Of a stretch of DNA of 62,920 bases, positions 9,370-19,444 are shown in pieces; the stretch's first letter is position 1; every line of letters starts with the position of its first letter. Under the pieces are notes generated by a model that made no database searches, was not told the DNA's origin, and saw nothing but the letters and a program-made list of their open reading frames with translations. Position numbers and translations under genes: made by a program. Source of the stretch: a virus (taxonomy: Duplodnaviria > Caudoviricetes); the IMG/VR virus record IMGVR_UViG_3300031576_000042, positions 1 to 62,920 of that record; one strand, 5' to 3'.

Positions 9370-11494
9370 AGTAGAGTTACCTAAACACGCTCGTCTTGTT
9401 ATTTCAAACAATGAGCAGGTAGAGATATTGTGTCAATACGTTGAGTCAGAGAAGAGCTTCATTATATTTGACATTGAGACTGGTGGGCTGGACTGGTGGA
9501 ATAAAGAAACATCTATTGTTGGGGTAGGATTTGGTTTCTTTAGAGATCGGGCTGTCTATTCGTTTTACTTGCCTTCTTGTTTTGGTCTTCCAGATCGAAT
9601 TGCACAGAAGCTGTATTGTGGGGTACCGAAGATTGGTGCGAACATTAAATTTGATTCGCATTTTATCCATGCGAGATATAATTTACGGTTGAATCCACTA
9701 CATGATATTCAAGTTGTGGCTAGACTTCTCAGAACACAGTACGAATCTGTTGCTCTTGACTCATTGATGGATTATGAATTTCAGGCTGAGCATATAGAGT
9801 GGAAGGAGCTTCAAGCTTGGTGTAGGGCTAACAAGATCAAGTGTAGCTCCACTTATGTAGAGCCTGGTGCTTACATCAAAGTTCCACCTGATATCCTTGG
9901 TAAGTATTGTTGCTCGGATATCTATTGGACGACGGTGCTGTACTTGAAGTACGCCCATGAGCTGAAAAACAATGCCAAGCTTCTTAGCTTGTACAACAAC
10001 GTCGAGCGATCGCTACTATATTCTGTCATTGCTGTAGAAGAAGCAGGGGTGAAAGTTGACATAGATTATCTAAAATCTCTTCAGATAGCTACAACTGACG
10101 AGATAGAGAGAAGAAGAGCAAAGGTCTTTGAGCTAGTGGGTAAGCAGTTCGATATAGATTCAAACCCTGCCCTTAAGGAAGTCTTTGTTGCCAAGGGTGT
10201 GAAGTCTGAGCTACGGACAAGAAAGAAGATCGAGAATGGTAAGCAGGTTCGTGTTGAGACTGAATCGTATGATGCCGCCTGTATAGAGAAGCAGGCAAAA
10301 CAGTTTCCGTTTATTGATGAGCTGCTCGCATACAGGTACGCCTCCAAGATCAAGGCTACTTATGTAGATCAGATCCTTGGTGTGGCGGTTAATAAGCCGC
10401 TTATATTCACGTCGCTTCGTCAGGAGTCAGCCAGGACAGGTCGGTTTGGGTGTAGCAACCCACCGCTTCAGACTCTCCCAAGGGAAACAAAGGACACGAA
10501 GGATTACTCTATTCGACGTGCAATCCTTCCAAAGTATAACTCTGTTCTGCTAACGGTAGATTTGAAGCAGATTGAGTACTGCTTGTTGGCACACTTTTCT
10601 AAAGACCCGGAGCTATTAAAGATATTTCGTGCAGGGCTTGACTTCCATGGTGCTGTAGCAGCTAAACTGTTTGATGTGCCTGCGGATCAAGTAACCAAAG
10701 AGCAGCGATCAGTCAGTAAAACTTTCTCTTTTGCCCAACTATATGGAAGCGGAATAGACAACCTTGTAGTCAAGACGGGTGTGCCAAGGCAGCGCTGCCA
10801 GCAGCTTATCAAACAGTATAATGATACGTTTCCTGGTGTGCTTGATTTCAAGAATGCCGTGGAGCGGTATGTAAAGGCTAACGGTGGCATAGACAATCCT
10901 TTTGGCAGGCACCGCGCGATTCCATGTGATCTTTCTTATACTGGTGTCAACTCTTTGATCCAGGGTACCGCCGCCGATATGATAAAGATTGCTATGATTC
11001 GTGTGGTAAGAGAGCTGAGCAATCTTCGTTCTCGATTGTTGTTCTCAGTTCATGATGAGCTTGTTGTTAACTGGCACATGCTTGATGGTATGTCTGTAGT
11101 CGATACTATAATTAAGAGCATGACTACCTTTGAGAGGAATGGAAAGAGTCTTTTCAGTGTGCCAATTGAGGCAGAAGCTTCAATATGCATCAGCAACTGG
11201 GCTGAGAAGAAAGCTATTGGATTACTTGAGGCTGGTGATATTCATTTCTTCAACTGGTACGGGTACGAAGTCATTGAAGACCGATTAAAAAATATTGGTT
11301 CCAAGTGGCTCAAGCTTATGTATGAGACATCAGTTGAAGCTAACCGTAGAAAGAAGACAGAGTACTTATGTGACGTAGAGAGTCTATTGGAGGTTGGTGC
11401 AGATGATACCACTATTGCTGGTGTCGCTGCGAAGTACTGTGGAGGTACCGCCTTTGACTTGTGCGAAGTGCAAGGGGGATCAGCATGTCTTTGA
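9362..11494 (+). CDS. polA: Family A DNA polymerase with 3'-5' exonuclease
   Basis: Exo motifs FDIETGG/NIKFD/YCCSD; RTGRFGCSNPPLQTLP; motif A DLKQIE; motif B KTFSFAQLYG (Phe at 762-equivalent); IQGTAAD; motif C VHDELV. Confidence 0.95.
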   Translation: MAEVELPKHARLVISNNEQVEILCQYVESEKSFIIFDIETGGLDWWNKETSIVGVGFGFFRDRAVYSFYLPSCFGLPDRIAQKLYCGVPKIGANIKFDSHFIHARYNLRLNPLHDIQVVARLLRTQYESVALDSLMDYEFQAEHIEWKELQAWCRANKIKCSSTYVEPGAYIKVPPDILGKYCCSDIYWTTVLYLKYAHELKNNAKLLSLYNNVERSLLYSVIAVEEAGVKVDIDYLKSLQIATTDEIERRRAKVFELVGKQFDIDSNPALKEVFVAKGVKSELRTRKKIENGKQVRVETESYDAACIEKQAKQFPFIDELLAYRYASKIKATYVDQILGVAVNKPLIFTSLRQESARTGRFGCSNPPLQTLPRETKDTKDYSIRRAILPKYNSVLLTVDLKQIEYCLLAHFSKDPELLKIFRAGLDFHGAVAAKLFDVPADQVTKEQRSVSKTFSFAQLYGSGIDNLVVKTGVPRQRCQQLIKQYNDTFPGVLDFKNAVERYVKANGGIDNPFGRHRAIPCDLSYTGVNSLIQGTAADMIKIAMIRVVRELSNLRSRLLFSVHDELVVNWHMLDGMSVVDTIIKSMTTFERNGKSLFSVPIEAEASICISNWAEKKAIGLLEAGDIHFFNWYGYEVIEDRLKNIGSKWLKLMYETSVEANRRKKTEYLCDVESLLEVGADDTTIAGVAAKYCGGTAFDLCEVQGGSACL

Positions 11495-12017
11495 TGGTGA
11501 AGCATGGGTTCCGTGTGATTGCCTTTTGGATACCAAGGCAATTCAGATCGCTGCTGATGCTGATTTACCCAATCTCAAAGAAGTGGTTGCTAAGCTAAAG
11601 GTAAAAGACCCCAAGCGTATTCTTGATAGGTTGAAAGGAGAGTTGGATAATAAGCGGTTTATATTTCTTACAGGTGGAACTTCTCTTGATCGGTTGAGCA
11701 CACTGAATGTATTGGCGTACAGTGTTATTCGATCAGGGAGGACGTTTTATTCCTGTGAGATCAACGCCTACATTGACGCCTACCTTGGTCAGCAGAACGA
11801 GACAATCAAACGCCGAGTAAAATCAACTGGTGTGCTGTGGCTCAAGTTTGATTTCTATCGAAAACATGCTTGGGCTAACATACTTCTTACTCGGCTATAT
11901 CATTTGCGAATAGACAAGCTGACGCTGCTCACTGGAGATCAAGCCATAGCTGACGCATTTCAACTCCCCAAACGTACTATCGACATAGGAGGGTTGGAAT
12001 GGATAGTCAATTCGTAG
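11394..12017 (+). CDS. DnaC/helicase-loader-like protein (degenerate ATPase); start uncertain
   Basis: N-terminal CxxCxG...CDC Zn motif, FIFLTGG P-loop remnant, directly upstream of dnaB. Confidence 0.45.
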   Translation: MVQMIPLLLVSLRSTVEVPPLTCAKCKGDQHVFDGEAWVPCDCLLDTKAIQIAADADLPNLKEVVAKLKVKDPKRILDRLKGELDNKRFIFLTGGTSLDRLSTLNVLAYSVIRSGRTFYSCEINAYIDAYLGQQNETIKRRVKSTGVLWLKFDFYRKHAWANILLTRLYHLRIDKLTLLTGDQAIADAFQLPKRTIDIGGLEWIVNS

Positions 12018-13366
12018 TCTTAAGAAAGCTGATAGACGATCCCTCTTCACGTTCAAAGATTTTGTCCAAAATTAAGCCGGAGCATTTTACTCTTACCGCG
12101 ACAAAATATATCTTCAAGATATGTGTTCAACAGCTCTTCAGCCATGAGAGTATAGTTACTGTCAACACGATTGGTGACTTCATATCTAGGCTACCTATAT
12201 CTGATGCTGCAAAGGCAAGATCACTTGAGGCAGTTGGGGTTCTTGCTGCAACCAAGTCACCGCTTGAATCGGAGGTAGATTATGCGATTGACGCTATGGT
12301 TGCTGACGCAACGACTAATCTATACTATGACCAGCTTGGTAAGGCTGTTGATGCCTTAAACAGGCAGTGCCTTTCCGAGGCTTCGGATATCATTCGTGAG
12401 CTTCCTGAACGTGCTCAGTTTTTATCTCCTGCCAATGAGCGTTGTCATTCAGCCAGGAGTATGATTAATCTTGAAACTGTAGCTGCTGATGAGCTTCGAT
12501 TAAAGACAGGGTTTCAAGTGTTTGACGGTATCTCAGGTGGAGCAAGGCTAGGGGAGCTGTGGCTATGGGCAGCCTTTACAGGAGAATGTAAATCAACTGC
12601 GCTGATCAATATTGCCCATGAGTGCTTTCTTGCCGGCCAGTCTTGTCTGTTCGTATCTCTTGAGATGGATCGTATTGAGATACAACGCAGGCTTTTCTGC
12701 TGTCATGCTTCTCGTCTTGGAATGCGATTAAAGTACTCTGACGTGGAGCGTGGTAGCCTTACTGAAGAGGCAAAGGTTGAGTTCAAGAAGGTCGCTGAGG
12801 ACTTTGACCATAATTCCTCCTATGGCGACATTCGTATCTGGCGACCGCCACTTGGCGTAACGATCCTTGATGTAGGGCGTGAGCTTGATAAACAGTGCCA
12901 AGAAAAAGATTGTAAAATTCTCATAATCGATTATATACAGAAGTTGAGACCTATCCATGAGCGAGATCGTATCCGTGAATCTCTCAACGAAACGCTGGAT
13001 CTCTCCAAACGCCTCGCTATGGAATCTCGTTCCGCTTGTGGCGCTTGGGTGCTTTCAGGATACCAAACTTCTACAGAAGGCAGGAAACAGGCTGAGAAAA
13101 ACGGCTTTTATGATCTGTGGGCACTCTCCGAAACAATCGGTGCAGGCCAGGTGGCTAATGTTGTCTTGTGGTCCCTTCTTACTGAGCGGTGTAGACAGCA
13201 TAAGGAAGTTAAGGTTGGTATGGCCAAGTCAAGGAATTCCGGCATCCGTGGTTCGACTCATTTTTTAGTTCTCAACCCAGAGTATGGTGTGATGTCAAAG
13301 GCACCTGTACGTGAGACAACTGATTTTGAGTCCAACGACTTCTTTGAGGTAAACACAGGAATATGA
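11999..13366 (+). CDS. dnaB: DnaB-like replicative helicase
   Basis: LKTGFQVFDGISGG, variant Walker A AFTGECKST, FVSLEM, IIDYIQ, AKSRN. Confidence 0.9.
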   Translation: MDSQFVVLRKLIDDPSSRSKILSKIKPEHFTLTATKYIFKICVQQLFSHESIVTVNTIGDFISRLPISDAAKARSLEAVGVLAATKSPLESEVDYAIDAMVADATTNLYYDQLGKAVDALNRQCLSEASDIIRELPERAQFLSPANERCHSARSMINLETVAADELRLKTGFQVFDGISGGARLGELWLWAAFTGECKSTALINIAHECFLAGQSCLFVSLEMDRIEIQRRLFCCHASRLGMRLKYSDVERGSLTEEAKVEFKKVAEDFDHNSSYGDIRIWRPPLGVTILDVGRELDKQCQEKDCKILIIDYIQKLRPIHERDRIRESLNETLDLSKRLAMESRSACGAWVLSGYQTSTEGRKQAEKNGFYDLWALSETIGAGQVANVVLWSLLTERCRQHKEVKVGMAKSRNSGIRGSTHFLVLNPEYGVMSKAPVRETTDFESNDFFEVNTGI

Positions 13367-14061
13367 TGTGTGTATACAGAGTACGCGAAAAGATTAAAAT
13401 GGTTTGGAAGTGGTTTACCGAAAAGTTCTGGATCAGCCTTTTGATTGGCCGTTTACTCCACAGCTTGAATCACAAATGGAAGACTGTTAATATTTCTGGC
13501 AAAGATTGTAGTATTCTTACGACGTATGTTGAGTGTTCTGTGTGTGGGAAGCGCAATTCTTACTACCAGAGTAATCCCGACTATACCAAGATAGACATGT
13601 GGATGCATGGACGGCTCGATAAGTTCCCTAAATGTGAAACGTGTGGTGGGGTATCTGATTATTGCATGTGCCACATGGAATATAGGAATGTACCTGAAGC
13701 AAAGTAATGCTTATGCACAGCTTCAAGCCAAACAAAAATCGTCGTTTGAAACGGAAGAAAAAGATGAGCGAGGAAGTCAGGAAGCAGATCAGAGCTGTAC
13801 GAATGACCAAGCTCGAGAAGGCTCGAAGGAGGAAGAATGGCTCGGGTAATTGATGAATATAGCTTCTGTGCTCCATATGAGACTCACAAGGAATGTCCGA
13901 AGTGCAATAACTCTTTCTATTCAATTGAATGGTGTAAAGAAACTAAGCCGGGCTATCATATCACAGGAGTCTGGCACGAATCTACATCTTCTTGTCATAA
14001 CGTAGTTGAGCCTGGAATTGACCACTTTCATCTTAAGTGTCAACGGTGTGGATATGCGTGA
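13363..14061 (+). other. Small Cys-rich hypothetical ORFs (13363-13707, 13837-14061)
   Basis: Tightly packed + strand ORFs with CxxC motifs. Confidence 0.5.
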
Positions 14062-14257
14062 CTGGAAGCTGGAAGTACACCACTTCATCTCATGAAGCAC
14101 GTGGAAGATTCTCCTGAGCCAAAGAAGCTCTCACTATTGGAGAGGCTCCTCGCCTGGAAAATACTAAAGTTTCATGGAAAGTGAATTTTTATACTGGGGG
14201 TCTTTTTCAACTGTAGCTTTGTAATATTTGTAAAACATTGCAAATAAGTTGCTTATA

Positions 14258-14869
14258 ATGGCCGACGCTTTTGAAATAGCTAAAATCAACAAAGCAATTC
14301 CAATTGCCAAGCTACTGTCTATCTTAAATATTTCCACAAACAACTCTGGATTTATTCACTGTCCATCTCATATCGATAAGAAGCCTTCACTAAAAATCTA
14401 CGGCCTACAAGGTCGATTTCTTGAATGGAAATGCTTCCAATGCGGGGCTCATGGTGGGTCTGTAGAGTTTGTTGCGTTGCTCTACCGAATTTCTCTTGAG
14501 CGTGCAGCTAGGCAGCTCAAGGAGAAGTTTTATAACAAGCGAGATATTTGTTGTAAACCCGTGGTGCGTAGAGACTGGTGGGCCAGGGTCTTTCGTGGGT
14601 GGGAAAGGGAGTTTTGCCGTAAGATCCTGGTTTCTATCTTCAAGCTACCCTTAGAAAAGAGAGCTGGTGTTTACGCAGCTTGGTACAGCTATTGTATTCA
14701 GCTACTTGACAATGCTAGGCTTGAAGGTGAAAATGTTTCGTTGCAGAGTCTTGAGGAGCAAATAGAGTCTTTCTTGGAATTTGTTGGTGTGGTTCAGGAG
14801 GAGCGTTGGAATGATAACACAAGAGCTATTGATGAAGTTTGCTCGCATGAGGGAGCAGCGACTTCGTGA
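14258..14869 (+). CDS. CHC2 zinc-finger protein (primase N-terminal domain only)
   Basis: CPSHIDKKPSLKIY...WKCFQCGAHGGSVEFV; no TOPRIM motifs; ATG 2 nt after palindrome copy 14244-14256. Confidence 0.8.
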   Translation: MADAFEIAKINKAIPIAKLLSILNISTNNSGFIHCPSHIDKKPSLKIYGLQGRFLEWKCFQCGAHGGSVEFVALLYRISLERAARQLKEKFYNKRDICCKPVVRRDWWARVFRGWEREFCRKILVSIFKLPLEKRAGVYAAWYSYCIQLLDNARLEGENVSLQSLEEQIESFLEFVGVVQEERWNDNTRAIDEVCSHEGAATS

Positions 14870-15110
14870 GGAGAAGGATCTCAAATACAGATTTCGTGAA
14901 GAAGAGGATCTGAAACGAAAGATTACTGCCGCCTTATCCGACGGTCTTGAGGTAGAAACTGGTGGGTATATTGCTGAAATGGTCCCCCAGGGTAGATTCC
15001 CAGACTGGAAAATTGAATTCGTTTCTGTAGCTGGTGAGAATGCTGCTGATGAGGTACTTGCTAAAACACCTTATCGTATGATCTTGGCTGTACGGGAGTC
15101 TATGGAATGA
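14811..15110 (+). CDS. Hypothetical protein, paralog of 19445..19765
   Basis: SD AGGAGGAG; shares MIxQ..L, PxWKxEF, G..AA..V motifs with 19445 ORF. Confidence 0.7.
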   Translation: MITQELLMKFARMREQRLREEKDLKYRFREEEDLKRKITAALSDGLEVETGGYIAEMVPQGRFPDWKIEFVSVAGENAADEVLAKTPYRMILAVRESME

Positions 15111-15370
15111 AAGAAAATCAACTTGGCGAGCAGCTATCTGAAGGCGAGCTGCCTCATCAGCATCCTATGCCTGGCGCTGTAAACTGTCCCTTTTGTGAGG
15201 AACTGGCTATTGCCTTGTTTGATGGTCTTTGGTCTTTTGAAAGAAATGAAAATTATTTACCGAAGAGATACAACAATTGCCCGGCGTGGAAGTGTATTCG
15301 TTGCAGTAGTATCTTTATAGTTCCCAACCCAGAGAGCATACCATTTTCCTCAAGATTGCCGACCAAATGA
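15107..15370 (+). CDS. Zn-ribbon hypothetical protein
   Basis: CPFC...CIRC. Confidence 0.5.
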   Translation: MKENQLGEQLSEGELPHQHPMPGAVNCPFCEELAIALFDGLWSFERNENYLPKRYNNCPAWKCIRCSSIFIVPNPESIPFSSRLPTK

Positions 15371-17460
15371 AAACTGCTGAGTACGAATTCTACCAGTACC
15401 CGTTTGAAAGCTTCAACCCTGTACAGTCGGCTGTTGCAGAGTACATTGGATCAGACTGCAATCTTGTTGTTGCTGCTCCCACGTCTTCCGGTAAAACGAT
15501 CTGTGGTGAGCTGATTGCTGGGTACTACCTCTTTCATACAGGGCTTATTTCTGTAGATAAGATCATCTATACGTCACCGCTCAAAGCTCTTGCTGAAGAG
15601 AAATACGAAGACTGGACCAGTCAAGAGCATCCTTGGAACAAGCATTCAGTGGTAGTCATGACGGGTGATTACCAAATGACAGAGGCGAGACAGAAGGAAG
15701 TTCATCGTGCGGACATTATCGTTTCTACATACGAGATGCTTGCAGTCAGATCACGTCGAGCCAAGCATGAGTCCATTCAGTGGCTGCTTGATACTGCTGT
15801 CATCATTATCGATGAAGCGCATTTTCTTTCCTCAGAAGGTCGTGGAGATCATCTCGAGAATGCCCTGATTGGATTCACACGTTTGAACCCAAGAGCAAGG
15901 ATTGTGTTCCTGTCTGCCACCATGAGAAACGCTAAAATCATGGCTGAGTGGCTCACACTTCTTAACGGTAAGCCTACAGAGCTGGTAGAGTCTACATACC
16001 GCCCCTGTCATCTCCAAATGCATTATGAGACCTATTCCAAGCCAAATGTGCAGCAATTCCGTCTGTTCGAGGCTGAGAAGCAAGAGATCATAGCCACAGC
16101 TCTTGATTTGATTGAGCACCATAAGCAGGATCAGTGGCTTCTTTTTGCTCATTCCAAGGCGTATGGAAGGGAAATGTGGGCAGCTCTTACTAGAAAATAC
16201 CCTGGCCAGTCTGCTTTCCATAATGCTGACCAGTCAAAAGAGTCCAGGAAGGCCATAGAAACGTCGTTTAAAGATGGGAGGCTCCGGTACCTCGTAGCTA
16301 CCTCAACTCTCGCCTACGGGCTGAATTTGCCCGCTAGGATGGTCATTATACTGGGTGTGAAGCGTGGCATGGCTTATGTGGATCCGCTTGACATTATTCA
16401 GGAGTGTGGTAGAGCTGGTAGACCAAAGTACGACACGGCTGGAGATGCTTATGTCATTCTCGAAAACTCTCAGCTACCAGAGTGGACCAAGCTTCTTTCT
16501 GAAGGAATCGACGTAAAATCAAGACTACCTCACAAGGTTGGGTTCCACTTGATTGGTGAGATAGCCGAGGGTCGTGTTGATTCGCCAGATACAGCGCACC
16601 ATTGGGCTGACCGTACACTTGCCAACAAACAAGGTTTGTGGTCAGCAAGTAAAGTATCTGAGCTGTTTGATTCATTCAAGAAAGAAGGTCTTATTTATTC
16701 TGACTTGGATGACTGGACTGATGAAGAAGTAAAATCCAACTATGCTGTCACTAAGCTAGGTAAAATTGCTTCTATCAATTACTTCGATCCGTTTGATGTG
16801 ACTGCTTGGAAGAAGAACATTGTCACCATTCGGTCAAGAGATTTGACTAAAGACGATGCTGCCGTTGCATGGGCGCTGACCAATTGTCCTTCAGTTTCTA
16901 GTGGGTTCATTCCAAAAGAAATGAGATCGCTTACTAACGAGTACCTCTTTGAGCTACGTAGGCTGAACCTGTTTGTCAGCAGTGATGGGTTCTTGTCAAA
17001 GGCTGCTGTGCTTTACAATCAGATTCAGGGGCAGGATCATGTTGTATCAGCTTTTCCTGCCATGCTCACTCCTATCGTTATGGACGCCCCCAGGATTATA
17101 AGCTGCTTATATCAGATCGATTCAATGGTGTTGTCAAACAGAGACAGGGGCTATTGGGATTCAGTTCTTACTCGTATTCTCTATGGTGTTGGATGGGAAG
17201 CGGCAGAGCTATGTAAGCTCGACGGTATCGGTCGTGTTAATGCTGAACGACTTATAGGCGCTGGTATCAACTCAATTGATTCTTTTATCCAGCAAGAGCA
17301 GTTTGTTAAAACACTTCTGTCTGAGGCCACTTTTGATAAATCAATGTCTTCAGCTAAAAAGCTAAAGGGAGCTACCAATGAAAATGACGATGTGGATTTA
17401 CACGTCAAATCTGAACGGGAAGAAAGTCCCAGTGCTAGCGGAGTACTTGACCTCTGGTGA
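15367..17460 (+). CDS. Ski2/Hel308-like SF2 DExH helicase with C-terminal HhH
   Basis: APTSSGKT, PLKALAEEK, DEAH, LSATM, ATSTLAYGLNLPA, QECGRAGRPKYD, LDGIGRVNAERL. Confidence 0.9.
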   Translation: MKTAEYEFYQYPFESFNPVQSAVAEYIGSDCNLVVAAPTSSGKTICGELIAGYYLFHTGLISVDKIIYTSPLKALAEEKYEDWTSQEHPWNKHSVVVMTGDYQMTEARQKEVHRADIIVSTYEMLAVRSRRAKHESIQWLLDTAVIIIDEAHFLSSEGRGDHLENALIGFTRLNPRARIVFLSATMRNAKIMAEWLTLLNGKPTELVESTYRPCHLQMHYETYSKPNVQQFRLFEAEKQEIIATALDLIEHHKQDQWLLFAHSKAYGREMWAALTRKYPGQSAFHNADQSKESRKAIETSFKDGRLRYLVATSTLAYGLNLPARMVIILGVKRGMAYVDPLDIIQECGRAGRPKYDTAGDAYVILENSQLPEWTKLLSEGIDVKSRLPHKVGFHLIGEIAEGRVDSPDTAHHWADRTLANKQGLWSASKVSELFDSFKKEGLIYSDLDDWTDEEVKSNYAVTKLGKIASINYFDPFDVTAWKKNIVTIRSRDLTKDDAAVAWALTNCPSVSSGFIPKEMRSLTNEYLFELRRLNLFVSSDGFLSKAAVLYNQIQGQDHVVSAFPAMLTPIVMDAPRIISCLYQIDSMVLSNRDRGYWDSVLTRILYGVGWEAAELCKLDGIGRVNAERLIGAGINSIDSFIQQEQFVKTLLSEATFDKSMSSAKKLKGATNENDDVDLHVKSEREESPSASGVLDLW

Positions 17461-18166
17461 GCCAACTGTCTACATACTTCCTGACGAAACGCATTTTTCA
17501 GCTCATTGCCAACCAGATTCTGTGTCACTTTACGAAGCTCTATACGAGCTAAAACACAACGGAACGCCATTTACATGGACTAGTCAAAATGGATCAGTCT
17601 CCAAATCAAGAGAACGACAGTTCCCAGAAAACACTGATCTCGTCCGAAATTTCGATCGCTACCTCGAAGTATTTCGATGATATAATGCAGAGGATTGTGA
17701 AGCTTAACGATAAGCTCTCTGGTATGGATCGTTGTCAGGCAGACGATAATTTTTCATTTGAAGATTTATTCTTCCATGCGATCAGGTATCTTGAGCTTGG
17801 TATCTGCAAGGCTGCCTGTGAAGTTGAAGAAGAGCACGCTCCAAAAATGATCGAAGAGCTACGAGAGTACTTGGTTGAGAAAGTAAAAAAGCTTCCAAGG
17901 CTTTCTTTTATTCTAAAGTACGCTAAGAAACATGCGTTTAGCAATGACACGGAGGAGAAGCAATGACAGAAGAAGAGCTTACTAAAAAGGTCTATCTTGG
18001 TGATTCTGTTTATGCTCGGCTTAACGCTTGTCGTCAGATAGAGCTGACTACTGAGAATGGCTATGGTCCAATCAACACAATTATTCTGGAGCAAGAAGTA
18101 CTTCTGGCTTTTCTTGGCTATCTGACTGCTGTTCGTAAATATATTTCAGACGAACAGCTTCAGTAA
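17378..18166 (+). other. Three hypothetical ORFs (17378-17680, 17589-17966, 17963-18166)
   Basis: Overlapping + strand ORFs; the last has a YLGDSVYA...I.LE pattern typical of small phage proteins. Confidence 0.5.
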
Positions 18167-18190
18167 AATAGTATTTTTTTAAAATTACCC

Positions 18191-18219
18191 TTGACAGTTT
18201 AATAACCAAGGCTTATTCT
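18191..18219 (+). promoter_or_regulatory. sigma70-type promoter
   Basis: TTGACA-N17-TATTCT with AT-rich upstream tract. Confidence 0.65.
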
Positions 18220-18322
18220 TGTAGGATAGACTACATGAAAGGAGTCTGTATGACCTACCTTTCACTAAGATCCTGCTTGATCCTTGGCTGTTAGCATAGA
18301 GGGTACTCAAGCAGGATTTTTT

Positions 18323-18733
18323 ATGCCACGTATCTATAGCGTAAGCGTTAGACGACCAAAGTACACCATTTCACCGAAATCTAAATCCGTAGCCGATACT
18401 TCTTTTACAAAGAATCATCAGCTCTCAACATTCGTTGTTGGGTTTATTGCTGTTGATATAGAGGTTCAGAAAGATTCTGAGTACCTGTACGCACGTTGGG
18501 ATGGCCCTTCATGTAGATATGTTATTTCTTTCATGTGCCCCCATGATGAGGCACCCCCACTTGAAACAAAAACAATTCTCTTCTTACGTGAGAATTTAGG
18601 AAGAGAAGGATTCGAGATACCTGAAGGTTGTAACTTCCTTGGTATAACCTCTGATTTGAAGGCTGGAATGGTCATGATGTTCAGCAAGGAGCTTAAGGCA
18701 AACGTGCTTTCTTACTGCATATCCTACTGGTGA
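18323..18733 (+). CDS. Hypothetical protein
   Basis: ORF between promoter and terminator. Confidence 0.5.
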   Translation: MPRIYSVSVRRPKYTISPKSKSVADTSFTKNHQLSTFVVGFIAVDIEVQKDSEYLYARWDGPSCRYVISFMCPHDEAPPLETKTILFLRENLGREGFEIPEGCNFLGITSDLKAGMVMMFSKELKANVLSYCISYW

Positions 18734-18766
18734 TATCGACTAAAAACGTCATCTGCTTGTATCTCG

Positions 18767-18810
18767 ATAGCCCGTTTGTAGTAAAATATAAGCGGGCTAT
18801 TTTATTTTTT
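18767..18810 (+). terminator. Rho-independent terminator overlapping a palindrome variant
   Basis: ATAGCCCGTTTGTA/TATAAGCGGGCTAT stem + T-rich tail. Confidence 0.7.
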
Positions 18811-18812
18811 AG

Positions 18813-18881
18813 ACTAAAAGACTAAAATTCAAAAAAACTAAAATTAAAATGAAAAAAAACTAAAATCGAATTTAACTAAAA
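18813..18881. repeat. Five ACTAAAA repeats in an A-tract region
   Basis: Copies at 18813, 18821, 18837, 18859, 18875. Confidence 0.8.
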
Positions 18882-19065
18882 TTCCAGGGAGCACCGGCAG
18901 CACTACCAGTACAGCACCCTAATCATAATTTTTATGACTCGTAATTTTTACGATTGTATGATTTTGATACATGTCAGGAATTCTGATACTTAACGTTACC
19001 ATAACCAAACAAAGGTTTGGCATACCAAACACGTAATTTTTATGGTCGTAATTTTTATGATACTA

Positions 19066-19082
19066 AGCAAATATCGTGCCAA
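19066..19082 (-). promoter_or_regulatory. sigma54 (-24/-12) promoter-like site
   Basis: Minus strand reads TTGGCACGATATTTGCT, full match to YTGGCACG-N4-TTGCW. Confidence 0.7.
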
Positions 19083-19088
19083 ATGTTA

Positions 19089-19104
19089 TGGCATACCGTT
19101 TGCA
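19089..19104 (+). promoter_or_regulatory. sigma54 (-24/-12) promoter-like site
   Basis: TGGCATACCGTTTGCA, GG-N10-GC spacing. Confidence 0.6.
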
Positions 19105-19120
19105 TAGGATATCATACAGT

Positions 19121-19136
19121 AGCAAATAATGTGCCG
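19121..19136 (-). promoter_or_regulatory. sigma54-like site
   Basis: Minus strand CGGCACATTATTTGCT, GG-N10-GC. Confidence 0.5.
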
Positions 19137-19444
19137 GCACGTTTAATAAGCGCCTTATTAACGAAGGCTTACCTAAGCTGCAATACAGTAACGACATAGA
19201 CAAATTTTCGGAATTTTGCTGGCAATCCCTTGTGTTGCAGAGTATAGTTGAACTCAGTAGCAGGCCGATTGTTTGTCATACATCCCCAACAACGGAAAGG
19301 AAACGAAAATGGGCGATGCGATAGAACTGAAATCCTACGAGATCATATGCCGAGGGCGACACTACATCGATGTCCCTGGTCTGGAGTATCGGCGTGTATG
19401 GGAGCGCCAATGTAGCCTATAGTGACAGTAGGAGGACATAGCAG

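Noticed and set aside
9362-11494. Modified-base (DpoZ-type) polymerase or alternative genetic code
   Set aside because: No purZ or nucleotide-modification genes seen; core genes are intact under the standard code
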